Source: Candidatus Moraniibacteriota bacterium (GTDB taxonomy: Bacteria > Patescibacteriota > Minisyncoccia > Moranbacterales > UBA1568). Taken from it: 64,000 nucleotides of DNA. The notes under the pieces were generated by a model, which saw nothing but the letters and a program-made list of their open reading frames with translations, was not told the origin of the DNA and did no database searches. Shown here in pieces: positions 28,809 to 38,272 of this stretch (position 1 is the stretch's first letter; every line of letters begins with the position of its first letter). The stretch lies in contig JAQTRS010000002.1 in assembly GCA_028711705.1 (NCBI GenBank), forward strand, positions 9,617 through 73,616, read 5' to 3'. A program made the position numbers and the translations under genes.

Positions 28809-29528
28809 TTAGACGACTTTTCGGCGTGGCGCGGGCGGCGGCATAGGCTGCCTTGTCTTTGGCTGCGGCGGGACGCTCGCTTTGGCCATCGGCACATACC
28901 GCGGCATACTCATCGCATCCGACATCATGATTCTGCCGATAGGCGGATGCTCCCATTTTTTCTGCGGCGGAAAATCATGGGCGGGGCGCACTCCGGATAC
29001 GGGCCCATTCTGCCGGACGATTTTTCTTTTTTTTAGTATCTTGTATATATTGATCGATTCATCACAAATAATGAACATCATCGGGATAATAATAAGCAGG
29101 ATAAAGCCGGGCTTGCTCTTGGAAAAATGTACGGGATAACCGGCGTACGGAAGGATATACGCCACCTTGCCGACGATGTCGGACTGTTTCACGTCATCCT
29201 CATCCATAAGCTCATTGGCATCGCCTTTGGTATGATAGATGATTGCATCATCTTGCTGGAACTTCCCTATGATCCTGTGCGTCACGGTCACGCTTTCGTC
29301 TCCCACTCGGCGCGTCACCACATCCCCTACCCAATACTCCTGCATCGGCCTCGTCACGATGAAGCTCCCTGTCTTGATCGCCGGCTCCATCGACCCGGAC
29401 AAAACCGTAAACGTGAAGATGTTCGCTTTGTGCGAAAAGATCGAGACACCGACAATAAACATGACCACGAGCGCAAGCGTCGCTGTGCCATACCAGATGA
29501 AATTGATTATGGAGCGTATGACAGCCAT
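28809..29528 (-). CDS. sipW: Signal peptidase I, SipW/ER-type (S26B)
   Basis: VLSGSMEP, GDVVT, VTHRI (Ser-His dyad), TKGDAN. Confidence 0.9.
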   Translation of the reverse strand: MAVIRSIINFIWYGTATLALVVMFIVGVSIFSHKANIFTFTVLSGSMEPAIKTGSFIVTRPMQEYWVGDVVTRRVGDESVTVTHRIIGKFQQDDAIIYHTKGDANELMDEDDVKQSDIVGKVAYILPYAGYPVHFSKSKPGFILLIIIPMMFIICDESINIYKILKKRKIVRQNGPVSGVRPAHDFPPQKKWEHPPIGRIMMSDAMSMPRYVPMAKASVPPQPKTRQPMPPPAPRRKVV

Positions 29529-29603
29529 AGGAAATGACCGGTGTTATGTTTTTGACCAGCCGCCCCTTTATCGTCAAAAGAGGCAGCAGAGAAAACCACA
29601 ATA

Positions 29604-30197
29604 CTAGAAACCGGTATCCACGCTCGCTGGCCATGTCGGAGCCGTTGCCTGCTTGGTCTGAACCGCGAGAATGGCATCGAATGTCTTGCCCTGATACTTG
29701 TCTCCTGCAGCCTCATCCAGCTTCACCGTCAAACGAAATTGGGCCTTATCTCCCGCAGCGATAGTATAAAGAGCGGCATCGGTACCGGTTGGAGAATAGT
29801 AAAATACACCCGTGATACCGGATGGACTGTTGACTAACACTTCCCACGCGCTGCCATTCCACCGCTCAACCTGGGTCACTTTGATCAAGTTCGGATCCGG
29901 TGATGGGATACTGATATCCCACGTGCCGGTTGCCAAACCGCGGAGATTCACCGGGATATTGGCAGTGCCTCCGTTTTGCACATCGAAATTGACTAATGTC
30001 GTTCCGCCGGGAACCATACCCGTTACATGAAACGAAAGCGGATCAGGAGTGTTCTGATTCAACAGATCGACCGAAAGCGTTCCTGCCGAAAGTGTTCCTC
30101 CAGCCGTATCCGACGCGCTGAAATACGAATACGTGCCCCCTCCGATAACCGCGGCCGCGGCCGCGACCATAAACAGACTTCGTAGAATTCCTAACAT
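29604..30197 (-). CDS. tasA: TasA/CalY (camelysin)-family fibre-forming protein
   Basis: IGGGTYSYFS..AGTL signal, M.PG, N.G, AGDKYQG; adjacent to sipW. Confidence 0.8.
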   Translation of the reverse strand: MLGILRSLFMVAAAAAVIGGGTYSYFSASDTAGGTLSAGTLSVDLLNQNTPDPLSFHVTGMVPGGTTLVNFDVQNGGTANIPVNLRGLATGTWDISIPSPDPNLIKVTQVERWNGSAWEVLVNSPSGITGVFYYSPTGTDAALYTIAAGDKAQFRLTVKLDEAAGDKYQGKTFDAILAVQTKQATAPTWPASVDTGF

Positions 30198-30339
30198 ATG
30201 TTTGTATTTAACGATTTATTCTTTGTATTGCTTTTGTTCCTTCGCTGCCGCATCGACCCTTGAGGCAACCTTTCCTGATCTCTTGTCCTGCGCTGTATCC
30301 CCATCAACCGTACCGCAGTATCCTGCGTATCATCGATAG

Positions 30340-30391
30340 AAAAACAGACCCATCGGAAAGACGACCGTCGTCATCGTGATGAGTCTGTTTT
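30340..30391 (-). terminator. Terminator hairpin inside the tasA 5' leader
   Basis: Minus strand AAAACAGACTCATC..GATGAC/GTCGTC..GATGGGTCTGTTTTT. Confidence 0.65.
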
Positions 30392-30472
30392 CATATTCTC
30401 CTTGCAGATACCCCACAGCAATATTTTTTGTTTTTTTGCCATGATCCGAACATTTTAGCGCCCCATACCCGT

Positions 30473-30500
30473 ATTATATGCACGTGCCACACGTTGTCAA
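30473..30500 (-). promoter_or_regulatory. Consensus sigma70 promoter with palindromic spacer
   Basis: TTGACA-16-TATAAT; the spacer contains ACGTG-tgg-CACGT. Confidence 0.7.
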
Positions 30501-30604
30501 ACGCACTGGAATAACCAAGCGCACTTCCAAATATATCGACACTCCTATTGTACACCACGGGGAATAAAATATTTCTAAAATTATTCTAAATCTACGATAT
30601 GGAT

Positions 30605-31381
30605 CTATCTCCCCAAGATCAAGCTATTCCAGAGCTTGGCAACGCGAAACGACGGCCGGGTGGCGTCATCGCCCTTATTCTTGGATATAACCTCCAACCC
30701 CTCTCCATCGATAAAGGCCGCGCCTTCATTGGCATCGCTGAACCGGAACTTCACCTCATACCGGCTCTCCTCGGAATTCGTTGCCGGCTGCACACGGCCG
30801 ACACCCTCGAATGAAATCTTGTATATCTGCTCGAAGCGCGGGCTATACACGTCCAGATCTTTGCTCTTCTGTATCTCCGCATATTGGCTTTGATTGACCG
30901 TACCGGTAATCTTGACATTGCTGTCCGCGAACAACACGATAACCGGAGAATCCATCGTCAGATAGCTCCCTTCCACCGAATGGATCTGATATACCACGCC
31001 GTCTCGCGGCGCCTTTATCTCATAATCCGCCGCTTTCGATTCGAGCAAGGCGAGTTCCGTTCTGGCAGAAAGATTCTCTTCCGCAAGCGATTGTAGGGAA
31101 CTGATTCTCTGTCCCAGACTGTCATCCGCCAACCGCACCAGCAGATCCCCCTTCTTGACATGCTGGCCGGTACTGACCGCCACCTCGATCACTCTCCCCG
31201 TCACCGAGTTGGAGATCACAACCCTTTCTTTCTCTATCGAGAAAAACAAAGGCTGCTTGGTCATCTCATACGTATTCACTTTCCGCGCCAATGCCTGCGT
31301 CGCGATACCCAGCGATACGATGAGCACGACGGTAAAATAAAGTCCGTTGATAAGAAATTGTTTTGTGTTTTCGAATCGCAT
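30605..31381 (-). CDS. HlyD/membrane-fusion-like adaptor protein
   Basis: N-terminal TM, lipoyl-like GRVIEVAV..GQHVKKGDLL, short helical hairpin, IKAPRDGVV. Confidence 0.8.
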   Translation of the reverse strand: MRFENTKQFLINGLYFTVVLIVSLGIATQALARKVNTYEMTKQPLFFSIEKERVVISNSVTGRVIEVAVSTGQHVKKGDLLVRLADDSLGQRISSLQSLAEENLSARTELALLESKAADYEIKAPRDGVVYQIHSVEGSYLTMDSPVIVLFADSNVKITGTVNQSQYAEIQKSKDLDVYSPRFEQIYKISFEGVGRVQPATNSEESRYEVKFRFSDANEGAAFIDGEGLEVISKNKGDDATRPSFRVAKLWNSLILGR

Positions 31382-31400
31382 AATAGTATCGATAGGTTAT

Positions 31401-32930
31401 TTAATTATCCAACTGAACAGTGGCTCTCGACAACCTCTTCTCCCCTGTCAAAAACAGGTACAAAAGATAGGTGTTGAGAACGACCCATATGGTATTAAAC
31501 AGCGTCGTCCAGAAGTTTTTCGGCTCATACCATCCCACAGCAAGGCTCAATATCCCGAGCATAATGAGGAGCACATGCGGCCACACCCACTTCATGAACG
31601 CGTCTTTCTGAATTTTCTTCGAGGTGGTGGCCACCCATTCTTGCTCCGTTTCGAAGACCACCGAAAAGAGCGCGAGTATATACGGATAGAAGCTGGCCAC
31701 CGCCGTGGAAAGCGTCGCCAAATACAGGCGCCCGAGAAAAAGCCAGGAAAGCATGTAGTAGAGGACGAAATACGGCACGTAGTGAAGGGCCCATACCAAA
31801 CCTTCGTCCGTATTGAGCGGCTTGATGCCGAAGAGCAGGTACAGGATGGGAAACAGCAGGTATGCCAGAATGGAAATGCCCACCAGAAAATACGTATTGG
31901 AAACGAAATACTGAAGACGCTGATCGAGATTGAGCTTCTTCGAGCGCAACGGATTGGTGGTCAAGAGCATATCCAAGCCCCCTTTCGCCCAGCGCCGTTG
32001 CTGCTTGAAGTACGAGATGACGGTTGCCGGAGCCTCACCGACCGCCAACACCTCGTTGACAAACAAGGTGTGCCAGCCCTTCTCGTGCAGAAGGTATGAG
32101 GTCCAAATATCCTCCGAGTTGTTCTGTGCGATGCCACCGATCTCATCGATAGCCGCCCGACGGAAAATCATATTGGTTCCGACGCAGAAGGCTGAATTGG
32201 AAATGTTTTTCGCCGGGCAGACATATTTATAGAACACTTCCTGGGCCTGGGATGTCCCGGCGGCGATGAAGGAATGCGTGTTGGCGAAGTACTGCGGCGA
32301 CTGCACCATCGCCAGTTTCTTATTGTGCATATAGGGCAAGAGTTTGATAATAAAATCCTGTTTGGGCACCTGATCCGCATCGAAAATAGCGAAAAATTCG
32401 CCCTTGCCGTACCGAAGACCGCTGTTCACATTGCCCGCCTTGGCATGCGAGCGGTCCCTTCGTGAAACATACGCCGCACCGAGATTGGCAGCCAAAGCCT
32501 TCACTTCGAGGGATTGCCCATCATCGAGCACGAATGTTATGTGCGGATACTTCATACCTACCGCCGCGGTCACGGTTTTTCGGATAATATCGATCGGCTC
32601 GCCGGCCGTCGTGATAAACACATCGATGCTCGGCATATGCTCGGTCAGGAAAGCATTCGGGGCGACACGATGGCTGCGATGATGACTCTCGACGACCACA
32701 TCCAAAAGTACCGTCACCCACAGGCCAAGCAGTGCCAAAATGGAAATAGCATCGGCAATCACCTGAATGCAGTACAGCAAGATATTATCGGCATTGGCGG
32801 GATTGAACACGAAAGATCCGTATAGGAGAATCACGAGCGGCGCAGCAAGAAGGAAGAGCGTCGTGGTGCTCAACACTTTGGAGGATGCGATATGTTTCTC
32901 GGTAAAGAGATGTTTCAAATGCATGCTCAT
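31401..32930 (-). CDS. BcsA/CrdS-like glucan synthase (GT2), no PilZ domain
   Basis: LDDG, HAKAGN, FDAD, QSPQ, FCVGT, SED, QQRRW; multiple TMs. Confidence 0.9.
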   Translation of the reverse strand: MSMHLKHLFTEKHIASSKVLSTTTLFLLAAPLVILLYGSFVFNPANADNILLYCIQVIADAISILALLGLWVTVLLDVVVESHHRSHRVAPNAFLTEHMPSIDVFITTAGEPIDIIRKTVTAAVGMKYPHITFVLDDGQSLEVKALAANLGAAYVSRRDRSHAKAGNVNSGLRYGKGEFFAIFDADQVPKQDFIIKLLPYMHNKKLAMVQSPQYFANTHSFIAAGTSQAQEVFYKYVCPAKNISNSAFCVGTNMIFRRAAIDEIGGIAQNNSEDIWTSYLLHEKGWHTLFVNEVLAVGEAPATVISYFKQQRRWAKGGLDMLLTTNPLRSKKLNLDQRLQYFVSNTYFLVGISILAYLLFPILYLLFGIKPLNTDEGLVWALHYVPYFVLYYMLSWLFLGRLYLATLSTAVASFYPYILALFSVVFETEQEWVATTSKKIQKDAFMKWVWPHVLLIMLGILSLAVGWYEPKNFWTTLFNTIWVVLNTYLLYLFLTGEKRLSRATVQLDN

Positions 32931-32934
32931 AAAA

Positions 32935-34989
32935 TTATCGTGAAGATACGACGGATTCCCTCCCCAACCTGCCAGACAACCAAGTGCCCATGGTTGTCAG
33001 CAAGACCATGCCTATGCCAAGACCCTGCACCGGCCAGTGCCACCACGGCCAATTGTTTTCCAAGCCGATTTCCGAGGGTCTCATATCATCCGGAAGTATC
33101 AGGTGCATGAAGCGCAGATTGGTCGGTTCGATACGGACATCGCGCGCATTGCTCACGGCCCAGTTCTGATCATAGCTCTGCGCGACGAGCATGTCGGGAT
33201 TGCGAAATGACGCCAGCTCCGAACTTTCCACCGTAAGCTTGTCGGGCCACCCGAAAGCAAGCGGAAGGGGTTTCAGGCTGCCATCGCGAATGAGCTTGGC
33301 CATCTGGCTGATCTCATCGTCCCACGGAATATATGAAGTGGCCTGAAGTGTCGGCTTGGGCAGATTATCGAAGCGCAGCAGTTGTTTTTCGTCATCCTTT
33401 TCGAACGCATACGCATAGGCTATCGGCTGCTTATTGTGCAAAACGGCATAAGCATCCGATGCGGTCACCTCGTCCACTTTTTCAAACATGGCAGGAGAAG
33501 ATTCCCTATCCACGGTCAATCCATCCACAAGCGGAGAAAGTTTCGGGATAAAGATATACTCTACTCCTAAAACCAACGAATAATCGTTGATGATCTCTAT
33601 CTGATGCTCCGTTACACCCGTATACGAGATATCTGTCTTCATGAGGCCATCGAAACGCATAGGATACGGATTGGGCAATAGATGCTGATTGTATGATGTT
33701 ATGAAACGCAATCCAGGTTTTCCTAGGTGACTCGCCTCAGCAACGTCCTTAACATAAATACTTCCCTGCGGAATATCTTTATCGGAAAAATATATCACCG
33801 CCGGATTTTGGATGGATTGCACGGGCTGCCCGGAGTACTGCGATGCGATTTCGATTGATTGAGCTATGCTTACGACAATGACCACGAGAAACACCGTGTA
33901 CAGCATACGGGATCTGACGTAAGGAAACGTGGTTTGTAAAAATGCAGCGAAACAAAAAGCTGATAATAGTGCTATAAAGGGTATCGCTCGAGAAAACTGG
34001 AATTTATTCACAAAGCTCGGATAATATCCCAACAATCCGAAATAAATGAACACAAGATAAAAAGTGCAGTAAATCAGAAGGATTTTTGCCCACCGAGGGG
34101 ACTCGTTTGACTTAAAAATAAGCACTGCCCAACTCAGACTGAGAAAAATGAAATACAAAAGACTCAGGCCGAAGTATTCGGGAGCAAGCAACATCCTCAT
34201 AAACTGAGGGGTAACATAAAACGGGTTACTGAATCCGTACCCTGAAAAAAAGTACTGGATGGTAAACGGCATCGAGCTCACCAAAAAAATGGTCATCGCC
34301 AACATGAAGGCCCAGATATCCTTTTTGAGATTATTCGCGAGCACAAGCACGAAGAACATGCCCGACGCGCTATATCCTATCACAGGATGCACCGACCACA
34401 ATGCCCCTGTCACAGCAGCCAGCGCATAGATATATCGCATATTCTTGAGAGCCGCAATCCAGAGCAGCGTGTAAAAGGGTACGACAATAAATCCGATGTA
34501 TATGGAATATTCTTTCAAAGCGGTCCACTGTTGAGATGTCGCATAGGAGACAATAGTTGTAAAGAAACTGAATAAACGATTTATTCCCAGATATCGGAGC
34601 ACCAGATACATGCTTATCCGGATGCCAATAAACACGCTGATCGATACCCACATCATTGCGTGCGTGATGGAAATCCCGGTCCATCGAGTCACATAAAACG
34701 TGAGGATGTGCTCGATATACTGGAACGCCCGCCAATGATTGACGCCATTGCCCCATACATGATCCCATGAGGCGATGCCGTACTGTGCGATATCCCTGAT
34801 ACGGAAGGCATGGTAGATCCAATCCTGATATCCCGTCGCCAAAAATTCATAACTCGCATAATACCCGATAAGGAACCATCCGACAGCAACGATGCATGCC
34901 ACAAGGAGTATCTCGATCAGCATCGACTGGAGCCATGGCGTTTTTGTTGGCGGCGTATTTTCACGCCCCGATGGCAGTTCCATATTCAT
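32935..34989 (-). CDS. Polytopic membrane protein, probable GT-C/YfhO-like fold
   Basis: About 12 hydrophobic segments, D...H in the first loop (QDWIYH), soluble C-terminal domain with SYDQNW and a final TM. Confidence 0.55.
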   Translation of the reverse strand: MNMELPSGRENTPPTKTPWLQSMLIEILLVACIVAVGWFLIGYYASYEFLATGYQDWIYHAFRIRDIAQYGIASWDHVWGNGVNHWRAFQYIEHILTFYVTRWTGISITHAMMWVSISVFIGIRISMYLVLRYLGINRLFSFFTTIVSYATSQQWTALKEYSIYIGFIVVPFYTLLWIAALKNMRYIYALAAVTGALWSVHPVIGYSASGMFFVLVLANNLKKDIWAFMLAMTIFLVSSMPFTIQYFFSGYGFSNPFYVTPQFMRMLLAPEYFGLSLLYFIFLSLSWAVLIFKSNESPRWAKILLIYCTFYLVFIYFGLLGYYPSFVNKFQFSRAIPFIALLSAFCFAAFLQTTFPYVRSRMLYTVFLVVIVVSIAQSIEIASQYSGQPVQSIQNPAVIYFSDKDIPQGSIYVKDVAEASHLGKPGLRFITSYNQHLLPNPYPMRFDGLMKTDISYTGVTEHQIEIINDYSLVLGVEYIFIPKLSPLVDGLTVDRESSPAMFEKVDEVTASDAYAVLHNKQPIAYAYAFEKDDEKQLLRFDNLPKPTLQATSYIPWDDEISQMAKLIRDGSLKPLPLAFGWPDKLTVESSELASFRNPDMLVAQSYDQNWAVSNARDVRIEPTNLRFMHLILPDDMRPSEIGLENNWPWWHWPVQGLGIGMVLLTTMGTWLSGRLGRESVVSSR

Positions 34990-35004
34990 AGTATCTTAAT
35001 CTTT

Positions 35005-37086
35005 TTATTTTTTCGATGTCATCAGCCACGCTTCCATGAAGCTCTTCGAATTGGCGCCGTCTATATCCTCCGGCTTCAGGGACTGTATTTGCCGTCGCGC
35101 TCCGTCGCTATCATAGAACGCGCTGTACATGGCTAGGTAATCTTTGAACATCGTCGGATTTCGAAACTCCGGTTCCGAAAGCATATTTTCCTGCACCCTC
35201 TTCGTGTCTTGACCCAAGTATAAGCTTCCCGGGCTTATCGGGAGCAGCTGGATGCCGAGTCTGGCTTCGGGACGAGCGTTGAACCAGGTCGCCGCATCGA
35301 GCTTGCCGCCCCATACCAACGAGATGAACGAATGCTTGAAATTAGCGAACCGGGCATCACTTCGATCGATATTGAGCCAATCCCTGATCGCGCTCGCCGA
35401 CTCCTCGGAATACAGGTAGCGAGCCATCTCCTCAAGTTTCTTGTTTCCTATCGCATCGCTCCACAGATACAATGCATACCAGGCATTGACCGCTTCCGAG
35501 CTCGACTCCTGGTTATTGCCGTCCGCGAACAGGCCCTGCCCGGAGGCGAAGCTATGGCCTTCATAGGCATCGAATCCACGAAGGTAGGGGAATGCCGTGT
35601 CCTTCCGATCCGTATTGGCGATATCTTGCACGAGAAGATTGATGAAACGCTCGTTGTCGGCAAGATATTCCTTGTCATACCGGGCAAGGACGCTGGCCGC
35701 ATAGATGAAATATCCGTAATGGAAATGGTGATCATTGAACAGTTCCGACCCGAAGCTGGCCGTCTCACCGACGATACCCTTGACCAAAGAATCGTAGTAG
35801 AAGTATTTTTTCTTCGATTCCTTCGCCAGCGTATTGCTTCGCCACAGTTCAAGCTCGGATCGAATCTTCATCCGCAACACCGCGCTTTCGGAATCCATAT
35901 CAAGCTGCTCCGCGATATCCAAGATATTCGCCAAGGCGAACAATTTTTTCCCGAGGAAATACGTGTCTTCTTCCGTTATGGAAATGTTTGACACATCATC
36001 CCTGACAAGGCTGCGAAGCCGCTCCTGCTCGGCGCTCGACAAGGAGCTCACTGGGAGCTGCAACAAAAGGTCGGGCATATCCCGGGAAAATCCGAAGGAC
36101 TTGCCCTGATACAGAGTCTGCTCGCCCCGCAGCGTCTGATACTTCCCTATCGGTTGGAGATGTTTCATATCCGCATCAAAGGCGAGGGTGCTCTTGGGGA
36201 GCAAGGCGAAGAGGGTTTCGGCATTGTTTTGCGTGGTGATTGCAAAGCGACTCTTCATGGCCTTACCGTCCGCATCAAAGCTTGCCTCGGTCGAAACTAT
36301 CGGATCGAAAGCGTATTTTTTGAATACATCAAGACTCTTGCTATCAGGTAACACGGCAATAGAAAAGCGCGCACCACGGTCGGAAACGAAAACGTCTATC
36401 CCTCTTTTGTCCTGTTCGGCTGTCATTACCTCATTACGGGAAAAGAAGAGGGCGAAGAATTTCCCGTGCACGGTGAAGAGCACGAAGTTGTCTCCCTTTT
36501 CCACGAGAGAAAAATCGTCCGCGAGAATTCGGAACGATTTTTTCGGCAAGACAGAAGCGAACACATAGGGTGATCCGTGCGTGAGGCGGATTTCCGAAAC
36601 GGTTTCGTCCTTGCTTTTCTGGGAGATGGCGACAGACAGGTCGTCATGGGACGCGATAAGCGCATCCATATTGTTTTTCTCGAAGGAAACCCGCAAATCG
36701 GGATTATATGACGCGAAAACGGTGTCGGCAGTCGAAACAACTTTCGGATACGACACCCCGAACCCATCGCCATTCATCTTCACCGCCAAAGGATACACGA
36801 ATAACGGCTCGGAAGTCTGCGCAAACGCCACCGAGCTATACCATTGATTCGTCGGTACCGGCAGGTCTGGACGGGCAGTGAATATCCTGTTCCTGATAAC
36901 CGTCTTGTGCTTCAGGTTGTCTATATCTTCATACACCAACTTCGACGCAGCATCGGATTGCGTCCGCAAGGACTGGGTATCGACAGAAAGACTCCCTGCA
37001 GGTTCGACGATGAATTTAATCGCGCCAAAAACAAGCAATCCGAAAATCAAAAACATACCGATTATGAGCGTACGTTGTCGAACCAT
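35005..37086 (-). CDS. GH81 endo-1,3-beta-glucanase, membrane-anchored
   Basis: PTNQW, FNDHHFHYGYFIYAA, GHSFASG, GNNQESSSEA; start reassigned to MVRQR. Confidence 0.92.
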   Translation of the reverse strand: MVRQRTLIIGMFLIFGLLVFGAIKFIVEPAGSLSVDTQSLRTQSDAASKLVYEDIDNLKHKTVIRNRIFTARPDLPVPTNQWYSSVAFAQTSEPLFVYPLAVKMNGDGFGVSYPKVVSTADTVFASYNPDLRVSFEKNNMDALIASHDDLSVAISQKSKDETVSEIRLTHGSPYVFASVLPKKSFRILADDFSLVEKGDNFVLFTVHGKFFALFFSRNEVMTAEQDKRGIDVFVSDRGARFSIAVLPDSKSLDVFKKYAFDPIVSTEASFDADGKAMKSRFAITTQNNAETLFALLPKSTLAFDADMKHLQPIGKYQTLRGEQTLYQGKSFGFSRDMPDLLLQLPVSSLSSAEQERLRSLVRDDVSNISITEEDTYFLGKKLFALANILDIAEQLDMDSESAVLRMKIRSELELWRSNTLAKESKKKYFYYDSLVKGIVGETASFGSELFNDHHFHYGYFIYAASVLARYDKEYLADNERFINLLVQDIANTDRKDTAFPYLRGFDAYEGHSFASGQGLFADGNNQESSSEAVNAWYALYLWSDAIGNKKLEEMARYLYSEESASAIRDWLNIDRSDARFANFKHSFISLVWGGKLDAATWFNARPEARLGIQLLPISPGSLYLGQDTKRVQENMLSEPEFRNPTMFKDYLAMYSAFYDSDGARRQIQSLKPEDIDGANSKSFMEAWLMTSKK

Positions 37087-37299
37087 AAGCGAAATAATCT
37101 GACTTAAAGTACCGTGACAGTCACTATCTATGATGATGAAAAAATACCGAAACCGACACAAGCGCTACCCTTCAGCTTTCCATATGCCTCAAAAAATGAT
37201 CCACATCTAAAATCTACGCAACATGGGTACAATAAAATCCCACTTTCTGAAAAGTGGGATTTGTATCGCTTCTGCAAAGGTTTTATGACCATCATCCTG

Positions 37300-38163
37300 C
37301 TACTTTCCCACCCCGCATACTTTTTGGATATTGCCACCGCTATTGCCTCCCTCGAAGCTGTTCCCGGCGAAATGGATGGAGTTCGAAAAGAATCCTGCCG
37401 GCTTTTTGCCGCCGCTCGGCGAACCGCAGGAAACGCCGAATTTCTTGTTCGATGCGAGGGTGTTCCCAGAAACTGTAACGTTTCCGCTTTTGGATGTCTT
37501 GGGATAGGATTGCAACGAAAGTCCACTGGCCGTATTGCCAACGAGAGTGTTGCGGGAGACTGAGAGTGAGGATCCGTTGACGACGATTTCCAGACCGCTT
37601 TCCTTATTGTTGGAAATGCGGTTATTCGCGATGGTGCCCGACACATTGTTACGGATATCGATCCCCTCTTCTTTGTTATTAGTGATGTCATTGTTGGTGA
37701 TCGCCAAACTTTTCCCGGGATGGATATACATTCCCTTCCGGTTCTTGGTGATGCGCGAATCCTTGATGGTGAGCGTGCCCCCGCCGGACTGCGTCATGAT
37801 ACCTGCATCGGAAGCGCCCTTGATCGTCACATTGATAAGTGTGACGCTCGCCCCCCTGGTAACGCTTATGCCAACCACCTTGGCATCGACCGTCACATTG
37901 CGAAGCGTCGATCCGTTTTCCATCCTTACGTCGCCGTTGATGACCGCTTTAGAATTATCCCCCGTCACCGACACGTTTTTCCGTATCCGTATATCTCCTG
38001 AAGATGCATTCGCGAAATGGATGTCCTTTTTCCCTGACTTGAGCTGCTTTTCAAGACCGCTCGCTGCGGCATAGGCCGGCGAAACGCCCTGGAAACAGAA
38101 GGCAACCGAAAGCATCGCAAAAAGGATTGCGAGCTTGTACTGCATGAGGGAGGAGTATTTCAT
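37300..38163 (-). CDS. Secreted right-handed parallel beta-helix protein
   Basis: Signal peptide ending AYA; I.NN.I..N..G repeats; start approximate. Confidence 0.8.
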   Translation of the reverse strand: MKYSSLMQYKLAILFAMLSVAFCFQGVSPAYAAASGLEKQLKSGKKDIHFANASSGDIRIRKNVSVTGDNSKAVINGDVRMENGSTLRNVTVDAKVVGISVTRGASVTLINVTIKGASDAGIMTQSGGGTLTIKDSRITKNRKGMYIHPGKSLAITNNDITNNKEEGIDIRNNVSGTIANNRISNNKESGLEIVVNGSSLSVSRNTLVGNTASGLSLQSYPKTSKSGNVTVSGNTLASNKKFGVSCGSPSGGKKPAGFFSNSIHFAGNSFEGGNSGGNIQKVCGVGK

Positions 38164-38272
38164 AGGTGTCGTATTATCGGATAATGGTTTCATTCGGTCT
38201 TTTTTCCTATGCTTTACGGTATACCACGTGCCGCGCCTTGGCAAGCGCCGCATCCATCGCACACCGCCCCCT

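Noticed and set aside
28144-28846. Met/Ile-rich ORFs overlapping the acidic protein gene
   Set aside because: Alternative-frame and antisense products of GAT/GAC-rich low-complexity sequence
30198-30470. Known riboswitch (c-di-GMP, c-di-AMP) in the tasA leader
   Set aside because: Conserved cores of these classes were not recognised by eye; an Rfam scan is needed to exclude them formally
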